Part shown: positions 52,107-64,000 of the stretch, piece by piece | How the letters are laid out: the number at the start of each line of letters is the position of its first letter | How positions within the stretch are numbered: the stretch's first letter is position 1 | DNA from: Octopus sinensis | Lineage: Eukaryota | DNA: 64,000 nucleotides | Direction of reading: 5' to 3' | NCBI RefSeq assembly: GCF_006345805.1 | Contig: NC_043001.1 | Location: 121,954,001-122,018,000, forward strand | Notes under the pieces: generated by a model | What the model saw: the letters and a program-made list of their open reading frames with translations, nothing else | What the model was told of the DNA's origin: nothing | The model's database searches: none | Translations under genes and position numbers: made by a program

Positions 52107-53300
52107 TCCTCATTCCAAGTTACCAAAAGTCCTGTTGTACTTGTTCCAGCCATTGGACCGTGACCGTGCTGGTGCACCCCCTTGAAGGGCTTTAGTCAAA
52201 CCGATTGACCCCTGTACTTATGTTTTTTTAAGTCTAGTACATATTCTATTGGTCTCTTATGCCAACCTGCTAAGTTATGGTGGGTGACACTCACACCCAT
52301 ACACGATGGGCTTCCACATAGTTTTCATTTCCCAAATTGACTCACTAGAGTATGGGGCTACAGTAGAAGACACTTGCCGAAGGTGCTGTGCAGTAGGACT
52401 GAACCCAAAACTACATGGTAGCAAAGCAAATTTCTTAACCACACAGCCATGTCTGTGCCTGTTTATGAAACCATATGGATATTTGTCATATCTATATATA
52501 TATTTATTCGTAATTTGTGCTATATTGGTACTCTAATTAAAAAATGTTAATACTCAAAGAAGCACCATTCTTCTTAATTAAGCTGTTGGCCATTTGTTAT
52601 CTATTGTTGATGTGCACAATGTCTATATGGTAAGATCTATTATATCTTCTTTTAGATCTATTATATGAGATGGTGTACTCTACATATTGTAGATATACAC
52701 AGTCTCTCTCTTTCTCTCTCTCTCTGCTGTAATAAACCTATCCTACAACACTGGATTAGATTAGATATGTCAATCTATTCAAACAATTTCTTAAGAGTTC
52801 TAACTCTTTTCACTTGACTGACTTTACTTCCTCACCAGTGAATATGTGTGTTGTGTATTTATGTCTGGTCTTCTACTTTGTAAAATGAAAAATTTTCTCT
52901 TTAGTCTGTCAATGGTAGTATTGATTTGGCAGTTGTATGAGTGTTCTAGGTTCCCTCTGTATTTGTTTGTTAATGGAATGAAATTCTGTCATCATTGTTT
53001 GAACATCTAATTTTCCATGCTAGCATGATTTTGGACATATCTACAGTAAAGCATATTACTGCTTCACATAACAATACTGTTATGGGTCAGTGAAAGAACT
53101 ACCACACAGTCACTTAGTCTGCCAAAATTTCAACCAAATCTTTAAATTATACTCTTCCATCTTGGAAATGGATGAATACACTTAAGTAAATGGGATCTTT
53201 GTTAATTATGATAATGATTATTCAGTTATTTGATCAACTGAACTACCTGCTTACTGAATTAACATAAAAGGGGCTGGATATTTTGTAGCCATGTGTGCCC

Positions 53301-53528
53301 TTAACCCTTTAGCATTCAGATTAATTTATTAAATGTAATGTTTATGTATCCATATTTTAAAAAATTAATCACATATTATCTTGTAGCTTCAAGATTTTGA
53401 AGTTGTAATCATTTAATTTTACAATGACATTGTAAGGTAGGTGGGAGAGACTGGATCTGGTCAGTTTGAACATAAAACATGTAGATCATTTGGGCCAGAT
53501 ATGGCCGGTTTAAATGTTAAAGGGTTAA
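53301..53528. mobile_element. MITE-2 (TTAA, CCCTTTAGCATT TIR)
   Basis: TTAA|CCCTTTAGCATTCA ... AAATGTTAAAGGG|TTAA. Another copy lies at 59372-59593. Confidence 0.88.
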
Positions 53529-53691
53529 CATACCTGTCTACACAGCATTTTCATAAGTTTGTCCTAAATGTCCATGCTTGTTTTTAAACTTTTAGTTAGG
53601 TCTAGTTTCATATGTTCTCATTAATATAAAGCTCTCATTTCATAAGTGCCAATCAACTCTATGGATGAAAAAAAAATTATTGCATTATATA

Positions 53692-53976
53692 CAGGCTTGT
53701 CACACAATGCCATTCTTAACATTTAACACTTCCCCTGTCTTGTTTATCACATGAAATGCAATACACGAGACCTATTTCTGTGGTGTCCAAGAATTGTATC
53801 ATCATCATCATCATCATCGTTTAACATCTAGCATGGAGAACGGACGTTAAACGATGATAATGATGATGATACGATGCTTGGACACCACAGAAATAGGTCT
53901 CGTGTATTGCATTTCATGTGATAAACAAGACAGGGGAAGTGTTAAATGTTAAGAATGGCATTGTGTGACAAGCCTG
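53692..53976. repeat. Long inverted repeat (fold-back)
   Basis: 53692-53791 is the exact reverse complement of 53877-53976; the inner ~35 bp pair imperfectly. Confidence 0.96.
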
Positions 53977-54248
53977 GATCTTATAGATTACAGGCACAAA
54001 CCAACTGATGGATATCTCCACAGTTTTTGTGTATCCAGTTTCACTCCCAAGGGTTGGATTGACCTGAAGCTGTGGCAATGCACTTAATTGCCAGAGATAT
54101 CATGAAATGTTATTGAACTTGTGCCCTTCTAATTGTGAAGTGAACCTCTTAGCCATTCTTAGCTAAGTGAACTATAATCATACTGAGTCCAAAACTGAAT
54201 AAAGAGATTTTGTATATAATATGTAAGAAAAAACAAAACAAAACAAAA

Positions 54249-54476
54249 TTGACCCTTTTGCTACCAACCCGGCTGAAACCGGCTCTGGATCTGAGTACAA
54301 ATGTCTTGTTTTCATGAGTTTTGAATTAAAATCTTTCACCAAATCTTAGTCACAATTTATGTTCCTAACACTAAATTAATGATAACTAAGTTACTTTACT
54401 AAATTCTTTGTTATATTTAAAATAATTGAAAGAAACACAGAGCATCTCAAAATAAATACAGTAACGAAAGGGTTAA
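54249..54476 (+). mobile_element. MITE-1 (TTAA)
   Basis: Colinear with 35309-35538. Confidence 0.88.
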
Positions 54477-55739
54477 GAAAACAACAAAAAAAAAACTGGA
54501 TTGTTGATTTGAATGATATAGCTTTGTCACAAAGCAATATTTTCTAAGAGACTGTTCTAATGGCTTGCACCCAGTCATTTGACTGACTCTTGAGTATAAA
54601 ATTTGGATTGGACACAGCTGATCTGGCGCTATGCAACAACCACCTTGTTATCATTTTGATCATCATATCCAATAAAATGAGACCCTCTCTGTCTACTTTA
54701 CAAGTACTCCATGAAATGTCAGGAGCAAAATTAGACTACAAATGCATTATGGGAGTACTAACTTGTTAGACAAATGTTCTTGCAGTTACATCTTTTTAAG
54801 TCTGTGAATTCCTTGGTTTCTTTACATATTGGTTTAATCAATAAAGTTATTATATATCCTCGTCTCTGCTAAAGTCAGTTTTTATTGCTTTCATTGATTA
54901 AAGTAGTATTGATAGCATTGCTATTGATACTGAGATTTCATCTTTGCTTTACTGAATCTTCTTAATTGATTGTATATACATATGTAGACATTTGGATATA
55001 TGTAATAAAGTAGTATTATAGGTTTTAATAGTTTACAAGTGCCATACAAATTTATAGATGCAAGAGATTGAGACAAGTTTCACTTTCACTTTTACACCTG
55101 CTACTACAAGTTGGTATGGGTTGGACATGTTTTCTGAGGTATTGGTTAACATCCAGATAAGACACTCTTTTTGTTGCCACTCCTTTTTGTCACCTCTTAT
55201 GATATACAAGGAACAATACTTCAATATACATGTATATTGAAGGAACAAGCCTTCAATATACAAGGCCCTAACATTGGTACAAGGTTGTAAATATTTTGGA
55301 GGTTGAGTTCAGTCAGTGAGTGTTGTACTAATGATGGCTATCTAGCCAGAAATGTATGTTTATGACTGTCCTCTTATCTCCAGACAATAACACTCCTTTT
55401 CCTTAATGGTATGTCAACTTTAGGGAAATTCTGAAGTGGTGCTGATCTTAATTGCCATTTGGTAATTACAGCACATCTTCTAGAGACAGAGATAATTTTA
55501 ATAAATCAAAAATTTATGTTGTATCATATTTGATATACCTGTATTTGTCTGTTGTTCAGATTTGTGCCACTGGCTACTCTAAGTTATTTCTCTTAGCTCC
55601 TTTTTGTTTAAATTAATAATACTTGTATTTGTTTCAAATAATGGAACTAGGCCAATTTTGTTGGATGATATAAATTAAATTAACTCAAATGAAGAGATTT
55701 TATTTCAGATAATTTGCACAGCATCATGCCTTCTAAGTC

Positions 55740-55771
<32 letters not shown>

Positions 55772-58753
55772 TTAATGATATACTGATGGCGACTTCTATT
55801 TCTTGCCTGTTTATTTACCACTTGTTTGAAATAGTCATGTTGAAATAGAACTACACTGTGTCTCATGAAGTTTAACCATTTGGTTTCAGTTTCATATTCA
55901 TGTCTTCATGTACCTCCTATGGGAAACCAAATAAAAAAAATTTCTAAGCAATCACAAGTATTTTTTATCATTGAATCCATGTAAGTGGCAAATTGAGATT
56001 TTGGTTATGTTTATTTTAGATCCTCTTTCCTCACACACACACTTTCACAAAAGGGAACTCTATGACCTGCAAAGGAAGGACTTAAATATGTAGGGCAATT
56101 TATCAATGATAGCTTTGTTTTGTCATCTTTCAAACGCTGGCCAAAGCTAGAAGGAAACTGCTAGGAAAGTCTGAAATCACTTCCTTGAATTTAGCAGTTA
56201 ACAACTTACTATATTATAACAGCTTGTTTTGTGAGGAAATATATGTAGTATTTAAAACATATGGTCTCTTTCTTTCTTTCTCTCTCTTTTTCTCTCTCCT
56301 CTCCTTTTCTCCATTTGTTAGTTTCTTGATTTCTGATCTATTTAGTTTCTAAAAACTCATTTCAAAGTAATAACTATTCAGCAGTTACTATTTTGAGGGG
56401 TTAATTAATTGCTGATAATTAATCCCCTATTTTCATCAGATTGCAGTTTAAAAAGAATTATAATAAAATAACAACTTTTAATTAATTCAGCTCCTTGATT
56501 GATAGCTCACTTCCTATGTTGGCCCTTGTCTTTAATTAATATATCAAATTCTCTCCTTTTTCTTTATGAAATAGATTTCATTTGCTCTTTAGTTGAGCTT
56601 TGTTCAATTTCTTTTTTCTTTCAAGTTTGAGTTTGGGTAGGAATTTTTACTCTGAATTATTTCATTCAATGAATTGAGCTTTTGGAAAAATTGATTTCAT
56701 AAATGGTGTTTTTGCATTGAAATAGTATTGAGTCAGAGATTCATTTCTACTTTTTTTTTATCCTGTTAAAAGTAAATCACACTGACTGCATTTGGAATAA
56801 CTGGTGTGTAGTATTAAATGTTGCAGATATTTATCAAGGAAATGATCTCAGCTGAAACCTTGTATAATTATTAGCAGGAATAATTTAAATTTTGTTATAT
56901 CTTAGTAGGATCATTATGCCAATAATAAGCACACACCCCCACATTGGTTCTATTTCACTTCTGTTGTTATTATTATCATCATTATTGTCAATAGTTAACC
57001 ATTTAACCAATAGACTCATTTGTTTGATTAATTATTCAATCAGTCAATCAATTAGCCAGGTTTGTCAAAGTCCTTTCCTTGTCATTCATGACCTTATCAG
57101 TGAGATTCATTCTCTATGTCAGGTAGTCTGTCTCCAGCTGAGTTGGTTAAATGATTAATTAACTAACTAATAATAATAAAAGAACTGAAATAGAACCAAT
57201 GATTGTGTATTATTGACACAATGACCCTCCTAAGATTCAACAAAATCTGCACAATTTCACACCAAGAATCTCCCAAACCGGTTACAGAAATGAATTATTA
57301 TGAAATCATTTTGTAAATTATCTAAAGAAATTGAGGAACTGAATCTTTTTACTGTCTGTCTGTTTAGTTTCTTCTACAATTTAATATCATGTACCCCTTT
57401 GCTTTTGAGTAAGATGTCTGAGACCATTCTCTTCATGGAAAATACATGAGGGAGCAGATGATTTGGCAGTTGTATAAGTGCTTTAGGTACACTTTGTTAA
57501 TGGAATGAAATTCTGTCATTATTGTTTGAGCATCTTATTTTTCATGCTAGCTTGATTTTGGACATATTTACAGCAAAGCATATTGCTGCTTCGAAAAACA
57601 ATACTGTCGTGGGCCTATGAAGGAGCCATCACACAATAATTTAAGTTGCCAAAATTTCAACCTAATCTTCAAATTATATTCTCCCACCTTGAAACTGGAC
57701 AGTTAAAGTGAATTTAGTAAATGGGAGTTGATTTTGGATATTTAGTTGTTCAGTCAGCTGGACTACCTGGTCACGGAGTTTGTGAGTAAATAAATGGTGC
57801 TGGTGCCACGCAAAAATCACCCAGTACACTGTGAAATGGTTAACATTAGGAAAAGCATCCAACCATTGAGACCATGCCAAAGTAAACATTAGAATCTGGT
57901 GCAGTCCTTTAATTTGCCAGCTCCTGTCGAATCAACTTTAAAGGATGATAATGTAAAGGACTGAGTATTCTATGAACATATGTACCCTTTAATGTTTTAT
58001 GGGAAAAATATCAAAGTCTCAAGACATTGCTGTGAATTGCATATGTGCATAATTTGTGTCATCATATAAAGATTGAAATAAAATATGCAGAACTGTTTTT
58101 TTTCTTTCTCTTTTTTGTCTGCTTATGGTCATGTGAGTGGCTATTGTCTTGTGATCATGATCATTGTCTTATTTCCTGGAAGAAACATATTTGGTCTTTA
58201 ACAATCCAGAAATATTTACATATTCTTTGTTCATGATGTGTTTTGTTTTAAGCAAATTATTTTTTGGACAAATAATTATTCAGCAATTAGTCACTGACTA
58301 ACGACATTTATGTCTCACTGCATATCTACTTCAAGTTAGGTTTTTAATGTTTCATGTATTAAATATGTTATCACTGAATGTATCTATTGTTTTTCATAGA
58401 TGGCATCTCTGAATTAATTATTTTCAAAAGAATTAAATTGAATTAAATTTAACACAATTCTTATTCATTTCAAAGTAAAGCATTTTACTGGTGTTCTTTT
58501 CTGATGTAGCTAGAAAAGAAAAGAACTGAAGCCTGAACAAAAGTATACATTTATAAAGATTAGTTTGTCTTCAATATAGGAGTATTCCACACATAAAATC
58601 TTTTTGAGGTGGATGAGTAATATTTAGCTTCAGATTTGAGGAAGGAAGCAGAAGACGCAAATTTTACTGTTGAATAGACTTCGTCTATTACAGGTAACAT
58701 TCCCATCTTATCTACTATCTGCCCTTGGAAGTTTGGTGAACTAAAGCAATCAC

Positions 58754-59113
58754 TCTATATATATATAAATGGCAAAATGTGTGTGTGTCCTTTATACAAA
58801 TCCACAATTTTTCAGTTAGAGGGCTCGCACTTTCTATGGTCATTCAAAACCGTCCAAGGGTGGTCATGCATATCTTTACATTTCCCTAGTCACCCTGCAA
58901 AGCCATTAAAAAATCAATAGAAGTGACTTTTTTGTGAACTTTCTACCCAAAACCGAATCAAAATGCCCGAAACTTGATATGCCAATTGAATATCAGCTAA
59001 CTGTATGTGATTGGATGGAGATTAGGACAGTACTCGCGTGTATGTGCATGCGTATGCAGCTGTATATGCATGCACTAGCACTATGACCTGGCGTTGCCGG
59101 GTCATAGTGCTAG
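58754..59113 (+). mobile_element. Non-autonomous Helitron
   Basis: TCTATATATA start; 3' hairpin 59075-59113 ending in CTAG; colinear with 28720-29087. Confidence 0.88.
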
Positions 59114-59774
59114 CATAGAATAAAATCTTTTGCTCAAAAATACATCACTGCTAATTGTAAATTTAAACTTCAGCATAGAAATAGTCCAGTACTTAACCTA
59201 CTTGGTCATCCTGTCTTTGCAACTGGCACCTACTTTAAGCTATCAACTTGCTAGAAGTAACAGCGAAATCTCCTTTCATACTCTAATGTCACATGTGTAA
59301 TCATGTGGTACAGGGCAATATAGCTATCAGACTAAGAGCCCTTGGAGCCTGTGCTGGGATATAACTGCAGTTTAATCCTTTGGCATTTAGATTACTCTGT
59401 CAAATGTAATATATCTTCAGATTGTTTTGAATTAATCAAGTACTATTTTGTAGCTTCAAGATTTTGGTGATGTGATTGCATATTTTTAGAATGACATTAT
59501 GTGGTAGGTGTAAAAGGCCACATCTGGCCAATTTTAACATAAATCAGAGAATATTTGGGTTGGATATGGCTGATTTAAATACTAAAGGGTTAATGAGTGG
59601 AACCAACAAAAGAATATAAAGTTTGTCCAAAATCTTTTGTGAATTGAAATGCTCGAAGGTATAATTCAATATTGTATTCTATTCTAGTTGCACGGGAATA
59701 GATTTTAGAAGTCTTCTCAAGTTGTTTTATCAAGAATGGAATTTTTTTTTTTATTTAAAAATTTTTTTAGACAT

Positions 59775-60305
59775 ATATATACGACAGACTTCTTTCAGTT
59801 TCCCTCTACCAAATCCTTTCATAAGGTTTTGGTTGGCTTGAAGACACTTTCCCAAGCTGCCACACAGGGGGACTGAACCTGGAACCATGTGGTTGGAAAG
59901 CTAGCTTCTTACCATACAGCCACGCCTAACAAAAAAAAAGTATCAGGCAAATACTGGGGGGGGGGGGTGTTGTAATCAACTATCAGTTTTCTCTTAAAAT
60001 TACTGGCCTTGTGCTAAAATCTGAACCAAGAGACTACTCACACAAATTGGAAGCCCGTCGTATTTATGTATATATATGTATGTGTGTGTATATGTTTGTG
60101 TGTCTGTGTTTGTCCCCCAACATCGCTTGACAACCGATGCTGGTGTGTTTACGTCCCCGTAACTTAGCGGTTCGGCAAAAGAAACTGATAGAATAAGTAC
60201 TAGGCTTACAAAGAATAAGTCCTGGGGTTGATTTGCTCGACTAAAGGCGGTGCTCCAGCATGGCCACAGTCAAATGACTGAAGCAAGTATAAGAGTAAAG
60301 AGTAG
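59775..60305. mobile_element. SINE A head (minus, 59775-59928) and SINE A 3' half (plus, 60045-60305)
   Basis: Two separate fragments; the 3' half is close to the family consensus. Confidence 0.85.
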
Positions 60306-62800
60306 AGTCAGGTGAATAATATGGTGAGCGTTTAGTAAATATAGTATGCCAGGGTATGCAAACTTCTGACGTCACCAGTATCATCATCACCATCATCAAG
60401 TGTCCTCCTGTTTGTCATTACTCCCCACCCTGTAACACTGCCTACTGATCTCTATATCAAGCTTACCACTACCACTGAGTGTGATGATGATGATGATGGT
60501 GGTGGTGATGATGATGCTGAGACAGACCTTCACCACCCTGTCACATACAATGACAGCAGAATTTAATCTCTAAACTGAAACTTGAGAATTGCTGATGTTT
60601 CCTGGGAATTAGGAATCATTTCTCTCTCTCTATATTTATTTTTTCTAATTCTACTCTATCTTTCTTACCCCCATGTCACCCAACAATCTTTCTGACTCAA
60701 ACCCTACCAATTCTCTTCTTCCCTTCTCCATCTTTCTTACATTTCCTCTCTCACTATTCTTCCTTTTTCCCCATCTCCCCTCTCTCTTCTTTCACCTTTC
60801 CTTCCTCTCTCACCCTTTCTCCTTCTCAGCTGACTTCAATATATATCCCTTGATGTTTTCTGATAACATTTAAATTTGTGTCTTTTTCAATTTCCCCTCA
60901 TGGCTCCCTTTTTTTTTCTTTTTTAAATCCCACTCTTTCTTTCTCTCAAGTATTTCCTTAATCCCCTAAATTTGAATGGTTCCCACCCCAATTTTTTTTT
61001 TTTTTTGAAGAGGAGGAAGTGGGGCTGAATTTTTTTTTTTTTTGTCTGGGAAAATTGTGAATCTTAAAGATTAAATTGCATCATCTGCGCAATTTTCTAT
61101 TCTGCCACAACCAAACAAAACAGTATTTATTTCAGTTTCCTATTTAAATATTACCATTTTCTTCAAATATATATCCCAAGACTTCTACTGACTTGGGATT
61201 TTCTTATTTGTTTTTTATTCAAATAAAAATTCTATTGCTTAGATCTGTTTTATTAAAACATGGTTTATTTAACCTGTTGTTTAGCTAGCTCTGTGTTAGA
61301 TGTGACTAAGCAGGACTATAACCAGACATTCCAGCTATGACCACCTTGCCTTCTGTTATATGTTGCATTGCTCCAATTTATTTAACGTCACCTTTCCCTA
61401 CACTTTTTTCAAGATGATAGTGTATCTGGGGTATTTGACTGTTATTTCTAGCAGCTCGTGTGACCATAGAGCTGTTTCCATGTTGGCTTGTTTAACCAAT
61501 TGTTGATTCATGTAGCTACATGTTTGATTTGTTAATTACGAAATATCTTATTAACTGTTCTAGATTCTTTTAGAAAAGTCTCTTGTAATTTTGTTTACAG
61601 TTCTAAGTTTGTTTAAATGTTAATTACATATATGTGTGATTGTACATGTATATGCATATGTGTCCATATGTATATGCAAGTGCATGTATATATGTACTTG
61701 TGTGCATATGGGTGCATGTGCACATGTGTGCATGTGCATGTGTGTATGTGTGTGCATTGCTGCAGCACATACTCCCTTTTGCCTGACCTATTTCTCTTTA
61801 TGCGTCTTAACATTCAAATAATGTTTGAGCTATCCTCCTAATTCATCATTATCATTGTAACATTCATTTTTTCCTAGGCTAGTATGAGTTAGGGGAGTTC
61901 TGCTGTTCATGTTTATCATATTGCTATACGTGATGCTAAACCATGTTATTTATCTAGGAGATCTAGCATTCTAAATTCTAACCTCACCATTCTTTAAGAC
62001 AACCCATGTCATAAATAACTTGTTCTGATTTAGATCCATTCCACTTGTATTTTTTGTAACTTTTTCACCCATTATTCATCATCTGCTTTCCTTACAGTAC
62101 TCTGCAATCATCTCTCCTACACACCTTTTCTACATACATCAGCTGATGCTTCTAATGGCCAGCTGCTCTCTCACCTCACATATGCTCCAGTTAACATAAC
62201 ACATCCATTATATTCTCCATCATTTATAATACACTTTCTCAAAATGGGTCCCATCTCCTCTGTAATGACCAACAAATTTGAATATATTCAAAAATTGCCA
62301 CTTGTCTTATTCTTAAAATTTATGACCTGCATAACCAAACCACTTTGCTTTTGTAATCTGCTACCATCTATACAGACTACATATCTCTCACTGCTATATA
62401 TAAATATATATGTATATATATATATTACTTGTTTCAATCCTTGGGTTATAGACATGTTGGGGTGCTACCTTGAAGTGAAGAGTTATCGTCAAACAAACTG
62501 ACCCTAGTACTTACTTTTTTAAGTCCAATTCTCAATTTCGTTTAATAGTTGTAAATGCAAGCAGTGTCATACATTGTCATTCAAGTAGTGACCATTTCCA
62601 ATCTTCCATGAAAACATGTCTGGTCATGAGAAATATTACCTTCTTTGGTAACTGGTGAGGGTTAGCGACAAGAAGGGTATTCTGTTGCAGAAAATCCACT
62701 ATAATGTCTGACCCATGCAAGCATGGAAAAATGGATGTTCAGAATGAGTCCAATCCTTGCCAACATGGAACATAGATGTTAAATGATGATGAGGATTATT

Positions 62801-63202
62801 CTTTTCTACTCTAGGCACAAGGCCTGACATTTTTGGTGAGCGGGGTGGGGCAGTTGATTAGATCGACCTCGGTATGCAACTGGTACTTAATTTATCGACC
62901 CCAAAATGATGAAAGGCAAACTCGACCTCGGTGGAATTTGAACTCAGAATGTAACGGCAGATGAAATACCTATTTCTTTACTACCCACAAGGGGCTAAAC
63001 ACAGAGGAGACAAACAAGGACAGACAGATGGATTAAGTCGATTACATCGACTCCAGTGCGTAACTGGTACTTATTTAATCGACCCCGAAAGGATGAAAGG
63101 CAAAGTCGATTTCGGCGGAATTTGAACTCGGAACGTATCGGCAGACGAAATACCATTAAGCATTTCGTCCATCGTGCTAACATTTCTGCCAGCTTGCCGC
63201 CT
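62801..63202 (-). mobile_element. SINE B-B' dimer with 17-bp TSD
   Basis: Full B (63202-62971) joined to B' from GGTATTTC to its tail; TGATGATGAGGATTATT at 62784-62800 and 63203-63219. Confidence 0.92.
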
Positions 63203-63644
63203 TGATGATGAGGATTATTATTAAATCTCTAAACAATGTGGTCAGTAAATCCATCATATTAAAATTCACAGCCAATTAGCCATATCTAACATTTAAAGCG
63301 GATAGAATGTATTGATTTTGCAATGCCTATAAATATAAAAAATAAGCCAGTATTAATTTATTTATAAAAAGTTTTGGAAGAGAATAATTTATTTTACTGT
63401 CAGGAAGAGCAGTTAAATGTTGTTAGTCAAGAATGAACCTTTGTTAGAAAGCGAGAGATGAAATGTTTTTGATGAAAAAAACATGAAATGTTTAATCTAT
63501 GGTTAGTTAAGATGACTGACTTCTTTCACCTGTGGAGAGGGTAATAAAAATAAAATCTCTGCTCTTAGTCTGTGAAACCTGATTGCTGTTCCATGAAAGT
63601 TTGTGTGTGAATATGATAAATTTGTGCTAGTGTGAGGTTTGTGA

Positions 63645-63950
63645 AGGCATGTGGCTTATTGGTTAAGGATATTCAGCTCACAATCATAAGGTTGTGAGTT
63701 CAATTATTGGCTGTGACTCATGTCCTTGGGCAAGGCACTTAATTTCATATTTCGCCAGTCCTCTCAACTGGTAAAAATGAGTCGTACCTGTAATTCACAA
63801 GGTCACATATTGTGTCGCTCTGAATCTCCCTGAGAACTATGTTAAGGGTATACATGTCTGTGGAATACTCAGCCAGCTACATGTTACTTTCATGAACAAG
63901 CTGTTCCGTTCAGTGGATCAACTGGAGCCCTTGTCATTGTGACTGACAGA
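63645..63950 (+). mobile_element. SINE family D
   Basis: tRNA-like head and shared D body. Confidence 0.85.
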
Positions 63951-64000
63951 ATAGTATAGTATCGCCAGGTTGTATAGTTTGTTGTTGCTTCTGGGTTCCA

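Larger units (their letters stand above)
9491..64000 (+). other. Probable intron 1 of the ttyh gene (runs off the window)
   Basis: Begins at the GTAAGT donor. By eye I found no phase-0 exon encoding TM1, a Cys cluster and G-x-Y-G-N downstream. The region is almost entirely repeats. Confidence 0.6.

Noticed and set aside
53692-53976. Fold-back interpreted as a MITE
   Set aside because: No TSD (TATATA versus GATCTT flanks), no second copy in the window, and the centre is a SINE tail.

Overview
Eukaryotic, AT-rich, repeat-dominated genomic DNA. The SINE and microsatellite make-up looks like an Octopus (coleoid cephalopod) genome; this is inferred from recalled repeat families, not from a search. 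There is no prokaryotic gene organisation, CRISPR array, rRNA or true tRNA gene. Most ORFs in the supplied track are microsatellite or SINE artefacts. One host coding exon is recognisable: the first coding exon of a Tweety-family gene (ttyh; 9359-9490, +, ending in a canonical GTAAGT donor). I could not find exon 2, so the remaining ~54.5 kb is probably intron 1. The rest is mobile DNA: a 5'-truncated Tx1/L1-type LINE, R4/Dong-like, RTE and CR1/L2 LINE fragments, a decayed mariner transposase, several tRNA-derived SINE families, TTAA (piggyBac-like), hAT-Charlie and 8-bp-TSD GG-ended MITEs, and a non-autonomous Helitron. Family letters (SINE A, B, B', C, D; MITE-1/2/3) are my own labels. The best candidate for an undescribed system is a retro-element partnership: the Tx1-type LINE ends in the same ~45-nt tail as SINE B, both sit next to the same short target motif, and SINE B forms a B-B' dimer that moved as one unit (17-bp TSD). 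A second notable feature is a 285-bp fold-back centred on the internal palindrome of a SINE tail. Coordinates were read by eye and no alignments or searches were run.
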